From positions 66,668-130,667 of the forward strand of contig OZ252212.1 in NCBI GenBank assembly GCA_965248955.1: DNA of 64,000 nt. The letters are read 5' to 3'. The position numbers were made by a program, and so were the translations under genes. This stretch comes from Dehalococcoidia bacterium. GTDB lineage: Bacteria > Chloroflexota > Dehalococcoidia > Lucifugimonadales > QGNO01. This document shows, piece after piece, positions 36,301 through 43,131 of the stretch (its first letter is position 1; each line of letters starts with the position of its first letter). A model generated the notes under the pieces. The model did not search any database. It was not told where the DNA came from and saw only the letters and a list, made by a program, of their open reading frames with translations.

Positions 36301-38132
36301 ATGCCTACACTCGCACGTTCAGCGGCACGCCCCTGGAACCCGACACCCCAGCCACCCTCACCATCCACGTCACCGCCACAGACGACGGCGAGCCGCCGGA
36401 ATCGACGTCCGCAACGTTCACCATCGCGATCCAAGAGGTCAACGACCCGCCTACGGCGCCATCGCTGACAGACCAGACCGCGTTTGTCGACGACCTCTTC
36501 AGCTACACCGTGCCAGAGGCGACCGATCCCGAGGACAGCAGGCTCACCTACGACGCATTTCAGGGCGGGGGCAGCAACCCCCTGCCGCGCTGGCTAAGGT
36601 TCAATAAGAACACCAGAACCTTCAGTGGCACGCCTCTGGAGGCGGACATGGCCACACATGAGATCATGGTCTCTGTCTCCGACGATTTGTACACTAGAAA
36701 TGCCACCTTTCAGCTGTCTGTCGCCCTCCCGGCGAACCGCCCGCCCACGGCGCCCACCTTCCGGCCTCAGACGGCCACCGAGGACCGCTTCTTCTTCTAC
36801 CAGGCGCTGGCCTTCGACGACCCGGACGGCGACACACTCATCCACAATGCTACCCTGTCTGATGGTAGTGCCCTTCCTTCCTGGCTCGACTTCACGGCTG
36901 GTACCAGCGCCCTCATCTTCAGAGGCACGCCCCGAGAGGCCGACACGCCGGACACGCTTACCATACTCGTCACTGCTACAGATGGTACGGAAACGGCTGA
37001 CACCGTCTTCACGCTGAGCGTCGTCGAGGTCAACGACCTACCAACGGCCAACGCCGGGCTCGACCAGACGGTCGGCGAAGGCGAGACGGTAACTCTCGAC
37101 GGCTCCGGCAGCTTCGACCCCGAGGGACTTCCACTGACCTACGCCTGGACACAGACCGGCGGACCCGGTGTCGCCTTGAGCGGTGCGGACACGGCCTCGC
37201 CGGCCTTCACCGCGCCGGATAGGCTGGCCGACGACGCGACCCTCAGGTTTGCCCTAGTGGTGACCGACGCCTCCAACGCCTCAACCGCAGACGATGTGCT
37301 CGTTCTCGTAGAGGCAAGGGCACTGCTGCTCATAATACCCACCCCGCCGCCGACTCCCGTCGTCAACCCATCGCCAACTCCCATCGCCACCCAAGCCGCC
37401 GCACCCAATCGCACGCTGACCTTCGGTTCCGCAGTGGTCGAGAACATGACCTTCAGCGTAGGTCAGCACGTGGAAACGTCGCCGCTGCCCAGTGCCAGGG
37501 GCGGCGATGGCGCTCTCAGATACAGTCTTTCGCCTGTCCTGCCCAGTGGCCTGCGCTTCGATGCTTCGTCTCGCGCCATCACCGGCATTCCCACAAAGGC
37601 CCTGGAGCGCACCCTTTTCACCTACACCGCCACCGACTCCAACGGCGACGGCGCATCGCTGAGATTCAACATCGCCGTGGCGGAGCCCGTAGTGACCGTT
37701 GAGACGGACGGCAAGAGCAAGGTGACGTCACTCTTGCTGTCTGCCATCGGGTACGGCCGGACGCCTGAACCGACGCCGACGCCAATTCCGCCTCCAACGA
37801 TAAATTGGTCCCTAACACCCACACCAACGCCCTCGCCGCGACCAACAGCGACACCCATGCCGCAACCTATGCCCACAGCGACGCCATCACCGAAGCCAAC
37901 AGTGGCACCCACCGCGCAGCCTACGCCCACAGTGACACCATCGCCGTGGCCAACGGCGCCACCCACACCTACGTCAACTCTTGCTACCCCAGTGCCACCG
38001 TCACCCATGGCTGAGGCCGAACCGGGGAACAACAAAGGCATTCCAGCCTGGGTTTGGGTCATCGCTGTGCTGGTGCTGGCCGTCGCCGCGCTAAGCGGAG
38101 CCATCGCTGCAGTCATGCGCCGCCGGAGGTGA
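33345..38132 (+). CDS. Giant cell-surface repeat protein (dystroglycan-type cadherin-like/He_PIG domains, cadherin-like VCBS-type domains, PKD-like domain, Pro/Thr stalk, C-terminal TM anchor)
   Basis: Roughly 1600 aa. About 9 repeats of the pattern DQTATEDE.F.YT.P.FTDPD.D.LTY.A......LP.WLSF....RTFSGTP.E.D.PATLTI.VTA.D. Four repeats NDPP.A.ND.ATVAEGGTL.I..STLL.NDSDPDDD.LTIT.VS....G.V. A PKD-like ANAGLDQTVGEGETVTLDGSGSFDPEG.PLTYAWTQ. C-terminal IPAWVWVIAVLVLAVAALSGAIAAVMRRRR. Probable TTG start at 33345 (GAGGAG SD, signal-like LLLLTAFFLCV); the ORF-track start is 33240. Confidence 0.85.
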   Translation: MTTPHRAVSLLLLTAFFLCVSDPRTSDATPVHRAVHGLSISTVANGSVLPAPATNQRPPKPEVTDQTTYAGGTFTYTVPEVTDPDGDSLTYQAFLGAWNALPRWITFDSDTRTFTFKPRNAHIGELKIRVSVSDGSLESYADFTLEVTATPPNRPPTAPTLTDQTATEDESFTYTVPAFTDPDEDTLTYTVAQSNDSSLPGWLSFNAGTHTLSGTPEEADTPATLTVRVTASDGTESTSATFTLTVEEVNDPPIASNDSATVAEGSTLAINSSTLLSNDSDPDDDTLTITTVSNSANGTVSLSEDTATVSYTHDGSETTSDSFTYTISDGSAIDTATVTITVTPANDPPVANNDSATVAEGGTLTINSSTLLSNDSDPDDDTLTITTVSNSANGTVSLSEDKATVSYTHNGSETTSDSFTYTISDGSAIDTATVTITVTPANDPPIASNDSATVAEGGTLTINSSTLLSNDSDPDDDTLTITTVSNSANGTVSLSEDKAIVSYTHDGSETTSDSFTYTIIDGSATSTATVTITVTPANDPPGAPSLTDQTATAGQPFTYQVPEVIDPDSDTLTYNAALGQAMNPLPLWLTFDAATRTFSGTPRRAHVATLTIVVEVSDGSAESSRASFTLTVVLPPNRPPTALTLTPQTATEDQPFSYTAPAFTDPDDDALTYTSALVDDDALPAWLSFTPSSRTFSGTPLESDTPATLTIRVTATDDGEPPESASATFTLTVEEVNDPPETPSLTNQTATEDEPFSYTFDAVTDPEGDSVAYTAMLDHGVALPGWLSFDDNARTFSGTPGEANVPATLTIRVTATDSSTPQASANATFTLTVSERNDAPIAGNDTATVAEGGTVSIAASTLLDNDSDPNDDNLTITAVSDAASGSVVLSEDGKTVTYTHNGLETRSGGFTYTVSDGSATDTATVAIAVTPVNDPPETPSLSDQTATEDESFRYTFATVSDPESDSITYGATLVGGSTLPGWLSFDAYTRTFSGTPLEPDTPATLTIHVTATDDGEPPESTSATFTIAIQEVNDPPTAPSLTDQTAFVDDLFSYTVPEATDPEDSRLTYDAFQGGGSNPLPRWLRFNKNTRTFSGTPLEADMATHEIMVSVSDDLYTRNATFQLSVALPANRPPTAPTFRPQTATEDRFFFYQALAFDDPDGDTLIHNATLSDGSALPSWLDFTAGTSALIFRGTPREADTPDTLTILVTATDGTETADTVFTLSVVEVNDLPTANAGLDQTVGEGETVTLDGSGSFDPEGLPLTYAWTQTGGPGVALSGADTASPAFTAPDRLADDATLRFALVVTDASNASTADDVLVLVEARALLLIIPTPPPTPVVNPSPTPIATQAAAPNRTLTFGSAVVENMTFSVGQHVETSPLPSARGGDGALRYSLSPVLPSGLRFDASSRAITGIPTKALERTLFTYTATDSNGDGASLRFNIAVAEPVVTVETDGKSKVTSLLLSAIGYGRTPEPTPTPIPPPTINWSLTPTPTPSPRPTATPMPQPMPTATPSPKPTVAPTAQPTPTVTPSPWPTAPPTPTSTLATPVPPSPMAEAEPGNNKGIPAWVWVIAVLVLAVAALSGAIAAVMRRRR
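34092..34955 (+). repeat. Three tandem near-identical 288-bp (96-codon) repeats inside the surface-protein gene
   Basis: Unit starts AACGACCCACCC at 34092, 34380 and 34668 (the next unit would start at 34956), exact 288-bp period. The copies differ at only a handful of positions by eye. A fourth, diverged copy lies at about 35850-36150. Confidence 0.9.
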
Positions 38133-38338
38133 TGGCTACTCGTTTACCAGAGCGTCGATGGTGGCACCGAGGGCGCCGGCGATGCGAGATAGGGCCGCAG
38201 CGGAGCCCGCCTTGCAACGTGCCTACCTTGGCCACCAGTCCATGACGGCGCGCTTGGCAATGAGCGGTAAGAAGGGGGAGCGGCCTCGCCAGGCGCACAG
38301 CGAAAGTTGGATAACGCCAAAGGCCCTGTGCTCTTGGG

Positions 38339-38956
38339 TTACCCCATGCCCAGGCGGTTTCCCTTGTTCTCGAAGAAGTCCAGGTCAATGGCGAAGGCGG
38401 ACGCTACGAGCAGGAGCCTAATCTCCTGGTTCCGTTCAAGGTCGCTGAACTGGATGCTGAAGGTGTCGGCGTCGGTGAAGCCCTCCCTGATAATGCCTCC
38501 CCACTGCTTGACTATGCGCCCCATCTCCTGGCCCTGTGCGCCGTTCAAGGTGAAGGTGTAGCGCCGGAACAGGCTTCCGTTGAGCCCCGCTATCTGCTGT
38601 CCGCCGGAGTCCAGCAGTGCGAACTTGCGCTTGATCATGCCGAACTTCCTGTGCAGCGATCCTATGGGTTCGCCCGATCCGTCCAGCACGTTCAGGTGTG
38701 AGAATAACCAGAAGAAGTTTCTATTGGCGTTCAGGATAGGCTGCCCATCCTTGTCCACGACGTGCAGATTGAGTGGCCGGTGGGAACCCATGAACTGGCG
38801 AGACAGCATCCCGGACTCCTCGTAGCAGAACATGGCCTCTTCGCCCTCCGGTGTCAGGATCCTATACCGGTTGGCTGTCTCGAACCCGGTGAATATCTCC
38901 AGCATCTCTTTGGTCTGCCGGACGACCAATTCCTGGTAGCTGGCAAGATCTATCAC
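38339..38956 (-). CDS. Phospholipid scramblase family protein
   Basis: EIFTGFETANRYRI, RPLNLHVVDKDG.PI, GRIVKQWGGIIREGFTDADTFSIQF and LLLVASAFAIDLDFFE are colinear with the eukaryotic PLSCR core as I recall it. Probable GTG start at 38956 (AGGAGA SD 6 nt upstream); the ORF-track TTG start is 39016. Confidence 0.85.
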   Translation of the reverse strand: MIDLASYQELVVRQTKEMLEIFTGFETANRYRILTPEGEEAMFCYEESGMLSRQFMGSHRPLNLHVVDKDGQPILNANRNFFWLFSHLNVLDGSGEPIGSLHRKFGMIKRKFALLDSGGQQIAGLNGSLFRRYTFTLNGAQGQEMGRIVKQWGGIIREGFTDADTFSIQFSDLERNQEIRLLLVASAFAIDLDFFENKGNRLGMG

Positions 38957-39227
38957 GTGCTTTCTCCTGGTTGCGGTATGGCGGGAATGATACTCCCACT
39001 TGGGAGGCCGTTTCAATAGACGGGACGCTTCGCGCAGCGGGTGGGGGGGGATATAATAAGCCGGTTAGTGCTTATAGAGGAGGTTGCGAATCTGCAACCC
39101 GTAATCGGACGCCGCAACCGAGGCCAATGGAACCATTTGGCTCGATTAGACGTTTATTATAGTGTAGGGCGCTCAACCACAGGGTTGCCGCACCTCCAGC
39201 TAAGCTAATGTAGGGAAGGAAGTGAAA

Positions 39228-40007
39228 ATGAACAAGCTCAAAGTACTGTCGACAATTATCGGGCTGGCCGCCGTCATGCTCATGGTTGCGGCATGCACCG
39301 ACGACAATGATGCACCGCAATCCGCGACCGACGTTTCCCAGGCCGCCGCCGCCTTTTCGGGAGGGATTCAGGGCCAATCCGGCATTTCGGTATCGGGCGA
39401 GGGCTCCATAGACCTCGTGCCCGACCTGGCGCTGCTGAACGTCGGCGTAGAGGCCATGTCGGAGAGCGTTTCGCAGGCCCGGGATGAGGCCTCGCAGGCG
39501 ATGGACGCCATAATCGCCGCAGTCAAGGCCCAGGGACTAGAGGACAGGGACATCCAAACCCGGGCCTTCAACATCTGGCCTCAGTACGAATACCAAAACA
39601 ACGGGAGGAGTACCCTGGTTGGCTATACGGTCAACAGTTCTGCAACGGTGAATATCCGGGACATCGACAACGTGGGCCCCATCATAGACGAGGTGGCCAA
39701 CGCCGGCGGCAACGCCACGAGGATCGACGGCATCCGGTTCACGGTGGAGGATCCCAAGCCGTACATGGCCGCCCTCAGAGAGGCCGCCGTCCAGGACGCC
39801 ATGGCCAAGGCGGAGCATCTGGCAACCCTCGCCGGAGTGGAGTTGGGGACTCTGACGTTCGTTACGGAAAGCAGCGGCGCTCCCGTGGCCAGGGGGGAGG
39901 CAGCCCTTGAGATGATGAACATGGCAGCGGCGGCACCAAGCACTTCCATCAGCGGCGGCGAGCTGCGGCTGTCCATGTACGTTCAGGCGGTCTTCGGCAT
40001 CCGCTAG
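39228..40007 (+). CDS. SIMPL domain (DUF541) lipoprotein
   Basis: Signal peptide plus lipobox MVAAC. GISVSGEGSIDLVPDLALLNVGVEA...ARDEASQAMDAIIAAVKAQGLEDRDIQT is typical of SIMPL / 26-kDa periplasmic immunogenic proteins. Confidence 0.85.
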   Translation: MNKLKVLSTIIGLAAVMLMVAACTDDNDAPQSATDVSQAAAAFSGGIQGQSGISVSGEGSIDLVPDLALLNVGVEAMSESVSQARDEASQAMDAIIAAVKAQGLEDRDIQTRAFNIWPQYEYQNNGRSTLVGYTVNSSATVNIRDIDNVGPIIDEVANAGGNATRIDGIRFTVEDPKPYMAALREAAVQDAMAKAEHLATLAGVELGTLTFVTESSGAPVARGEAALEMMNMAAAAPSTSISGGELRLSMYVQAVFGIR

Positions 40008-40136
40008 AGGGGCGCCGTGGTTGTAGTGGACTCGCTGGCGGCAACGCGGGTGGCGTGAAACTCTGCCCAACCATTACCGGGGCAAGCCAAGTGTCATGTA
40101 TTGAATCAGCTATGCCTCTCTGCTAGGGTCCTTCCT

Positions 40137-41438
40137 ATGAGGTCTGAGAGAGACTTCATTGCCAGGCTGATGAAAGAGGCTCCTGTTCTGCAGGCTCTTG
40201 CTCAGGCGGGGAGATGGACGGGGCCAATAGAAGTTAGCATGGAACAAAGCGGAGGCATTGTCATAGAGCCATTGGATCGAGGGTACAAGATTCTGGTGGT
40301 GGACGACGAGCCGGACCTGGAAACGCTCATCCTACAGCGCATGCGCCGCAGCATACGCTCGGGACAGTACGAGTTCATCTTTGCCCATAACGGGGTGGAG
40401 GCCCTGGATATCTTGGGCCAGGACCATAGCATCGACATGGTGCTGTCTGACATCAACATGCCTCAGATGGATGGACTCACCCTGCTGGAGCAAATACCAA
40501 TGGTGGACCCCAACCTCCGGGCGGTAATCATCTCCGCCTATGGGGACATGAAGAACATCCGAACGGCCATGAACCGGGGCGCCTTCGACTTTATCACCAA
40601 GCCGCTGGACTTCGACGACCTGCGTGTGACCATAGACCGGACTCTGCGCCACCTTGTCGAGTGGCGGGAGGCCGTATCTGCCCGGGACAAGCTGGTAGCG
40701 CTTCAAAACGAGCTTGACGTGGCTAACAAGATGCAGCAGTCCATCCTACCCATGGACTTTCCTGTCAATAGAGACTTGGGAACCTATGGCAACATGGAGC
40801 CGGCGCGGAACGTGGGAGGGGACTTCTTTGACATCATTCGCCTGGAGGACGGCCGCATTGGTCTGGCCATAGCAGACGTTTCCGACAAGGGCGTACCCGC
40901 TGCCCTCTTCATGATGTCCTGCCGCACTCTGCTGAAGGGAGCCGCCATTGGCAGCCATGATCCGGGTGAGGCGCTGGGCATCGTCAACGATCTGATCCAA
41001 GAGCGCAATGACACGGGCATGTTTGTGACGTTGCTCTACGCCGTTTACGATCCGTCCAGCGGAACGCTAACCTACGCCAACGGAGGCCACGACAGTCCTC
41101 TAATTATCCACGCTGATGGGTCGTCAGTCCGTATTCCATCTACGGACGGCATAGCCCTGGGCGTACTGCCGGGCCTTGAGTACAACCAGAACTCGGTGAC
41201 CCTTAACCCCAAGGATACACTGGTCCTCTACACCGACGGTGTTACGGAAGCTATGAATGGCCTGGGTGAGCAGTTTGGCATGGAGCGGTTGACCGAGATC
41301 TTCAAGGATGGCCCACCCATGGATCCCAAGGATGTGGCCCACGCTATTTTTGACGCTGTCAGAGAGTTTGCGAGAGACACCTCCCAGTCCGACGATATCA
41401 CCTGCCTGGTCCTTCACCGAAACGAGGTAACTGATTGA
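40137..41438 (+). CDS. Response-regulator receiver fused to a PP2C (SpoIIE/RsbU-type) serine phosphatase
   Basis: REC: KILVVDDEPDLE..MVLSDINMPQMDG..ISAYGD..GAFDFITKP. PP2C: VGGDFFDI..LAIADVSDKGVPAAL...YTDGVTEA..SDDITCLVL. Confidence 0.88.
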   Translation: MRSERDFIARLMKEAPVLQALAQAGRWTGPIEVSMEQSGGIVIEPLDRGYKILVVDDEPDLETLILQRMRRSIRSGQYEFIFAHNGVEALDILGQDHSIDMVLSDINMPQMDGLTLLEQIPMVDPNLRAVIISAYGDMKNIRTAMNRGAFDFITKPLDFDDLRVTIDRTLRHLVEWREAVSARDKLVALQNELDVANKMQQSILPMDFPVNRDLGTYGNMEPARNVGGDFFDIIRLEDGRIGLAIADVSDKGVPAALFMMSCRTLLKGAAIGSHDPGEALGIVNDLIQERNDTGMFVTLLYAVYDPSSGTLTYANGGHDSPLIIHADGSSVRIPSTDGIALGVLPGLEYNQNSVTLNPKDTLVLYTDGVTEAMNGLGEQFGMERLTEIFKDGPPMDPKDVAHAIFDAVREFARDTSQSDDITCLVLHRNEVTD

Positions 41439-41854
41439 GCGCGACGATATCCCTGAACCTGGCCCCCAGAGTGGAGGAGTTGAAGCGTCTCTACGACGCA
41501 GTGGAGTCCCTGGGAGAGCAGGAGGATTGGCCTGCCAGCCTCATCTTCCAGGTGAACCTGGTGCTGGAAGAGCTGGGCATAAATATCATGAACTATGGGG
41601 AGACAGCCGACGACCAGGAGATCATAGTTTGCCTGACCTCCAAGAATGACGCCCTCACAATCTATGTCTCCGACGCGGGCAAGCCATTCAATCCCCTGAC
41701 GGATGGGCCCGATCCCAACGTGTCGAAGGGACTGGATGAGCGTCCCATAGGGGGCCTCGGAGTTTACCTGGTTCGCACGCTGATGGACGAGCTATCTTAC
41801 CAGCGGGAGGGAGACAGAAATCACTTGACGCTGGTCAAGCACAGGAGTGAATGA
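41435..41854 (+). CDS. RsbW/SpoIIAB-like anti-sigma regulatory factor (Ser protein kinase, HATPase_c fold)
   Basis: 139 aa. N-box LVLEELGINIMNYG, G1 DAGKPFNP, G2 GGLGVYLV. TTG start overlaps the upstream stop (TTGA). Confidence 0.75.
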   Translation: MSATISLNLAPRVEELKRLYDAVESLGEQEDWPASLIFQVNLVLEELGINIMNYGETADDQEIIVCLTSKNDALTIYVSDAGKPFNPLTDGPDPNVSKGLDERPIGGLGVYLVRTLMDELSYQREGDRNHLTLVKHRSE

Positions 41855-43131
41855 TGTCTCGCAGAGGTGTCATGAGGTTCCCCTTACCGCTGGCGGTGCT
41901 GGGGGTCGTAGCCCTGTTGGTAGTTGCCTCTTTGACATTCTGGTTCCTGTTCCAAGCTAATGATGGCACCCCGAGCGTAGTTGGGCCCGGCGACAACTCG
42001 TCGTCGGCAACCCCGGAAGTGCCAGATCCGTCGCCCGGGGTCTCCGACCAGCGGGTGCTCTTCGGCCAGTCGGCGGCCTTCAGCGGCCCTGCCCAAGCAC
42101 TGGGCACAAACATAAGGCTGGGGATAGAGGCAGCCTTCCAGGAGATCAACAACGCGGGCGGCGTCTACGGTAGGCGGTTGGAACTGGTATCGTTCGACGA
42201 CGCCTACGAACCGGAAGCGGCGATCGCCAACACGACCCGCCTGATAGAGGACGAGCGGGTGTTTGCCCTCATTGGCGCGGTGGGTACGCCGACTTCCCGT
42301 TCCGCCACCCCGGTGGCGGCGGAGGCGGGGGTTCCGTACTTGGCCCCCTTTACAGGCGCGGCTTTCCTCAGGGATCCGGAGTGGGACAACATCATCAACC
42401 TGCGCTCCTCCTACAACCAGGAAACGGAAGAAATGGTGGCCCGGCTAACGAAGGACCTGGGCATCACGCGCATCGCCGTGATGTACCAGGACGACTCCTA
42501 TGGACAGGCCGGCTACCGTGGAGCGTCGGCCGCCCTGAACAGTCGCGGCATGGAACCTGTAGCAGTGGGCCGGTATCCCCGAAACACAACAGCGGTCAAG
42601 ATGGGACTGCTGGACCTAATGGACGGCTCGCCTGAGGCGGTGATCATCATCGGCGCCTACAAACCTGTGGCGGCCCTTATCTCATGGGCGCGTCAGTTGG
42701 ACTTTGACCCGGTCTTCATAAACATCTCCTTTGTGGGAAGCAACGCTCTAGCCCAGGAACTGGGAGCCACGGGTACCGGCGTATACGTCACCCAAGTGGT
42801 GCCCTTTCCGGCGGACAGCTCCATACCAGTCGTCGCGGCCTATCAGCGAGCCCTGCAGTCCTACGACCCAACGGCGGAGCCCGGCTTCGTCTCTCTAGAG
42901 GGGTACATGGCCGGGCGCCTGGCAATAGCTGGTGTAGAGGCCTGCGGCCAGGAGGTGGACCGCGAGTGCTTCCTGGACAACATACGGGGCTCGGGCCCCA
43001 TTGACCTGGACGGCTTTATCCTGGAATACAGTGAGATAGACAACCAGGGGTCGGACGAGGTGTTTCTGACGGTCATCGGCCGCGACGGAGCGTACCACTC
43101 CATCGATAGCCTGGAGAACGCCGTACCGTGA
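41851..43131 (+). CDS. Type-1 periplasmic binding protein (Leu/Ile/Val-binding-like ABC substrate-binding fold)
   Basis: 426 aa. N-terminal membrane anchor/signal. FGQSAAFSGPAQALG..GI..AF.EINNAGGVYGRRLELVSFDD.YEP and FALIGAVGTP are typical of the Peripla_BP_6 family. ATGA overlap with the upstream gene. Confidence 0.85.
   Translation: MMSRRGVMRFPLPLAVLGVVALLVVASLTFWFLFQANDGTPSVVGPGDNSSSATPEVPDPSPGVSDQRVLFGQSAAFSGPAQALGTNIRLGIEAAFQEINNAGGVYGRRLELVSFDDAYEPEAAIANTTRLIEDERVFALIGAVGTPTSRSATPVAAEAGVPYLAPFTGAAFLRDPEWDNIINLRSSYNQETEEMVARLTKDLGITRIAVMYQDDSYGQAGYRGASAALNSRGMEPVAVGRYPRNTTAVKMGLLDLMDGSPEAVIIIGAYKPVAALISWARQLDFDPVFINISFVGSNALAQELGATGTGVYVTQVVPFPADSSIPVVAAYQRALQSYDPTAEPGFVSLEGYMAGRLAIAGVEACGQEVDRECFLDNIRGSGPIDLDGFILEYSEIDNQGSDEVFLTVIGRDGAYHSIDSLENAVP

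Noticed and set aside
38137-38300. Possible remnant of an XRE-family HTH gene on the minus strand (..AAALSRIAGALGATIDALVNE* resembles the C-terminal helix of XRE proteins)
   Set aside because: Only about 20 residues look convincing. The upstream parts need several frame changes and match only loosely, which is too little evidence to annotate.
31291-39016. Integrated prophage or integrative element at tRNA-Lys
   Set aside because: I found no integrase, recombinase, phage structural or conjugation genes, and no duplicated tRNA 3' end. Only TA modules, a giant adhesin and a scramblase homologue are present, so I describe it as an accessory-looking islet, not a mobile element.
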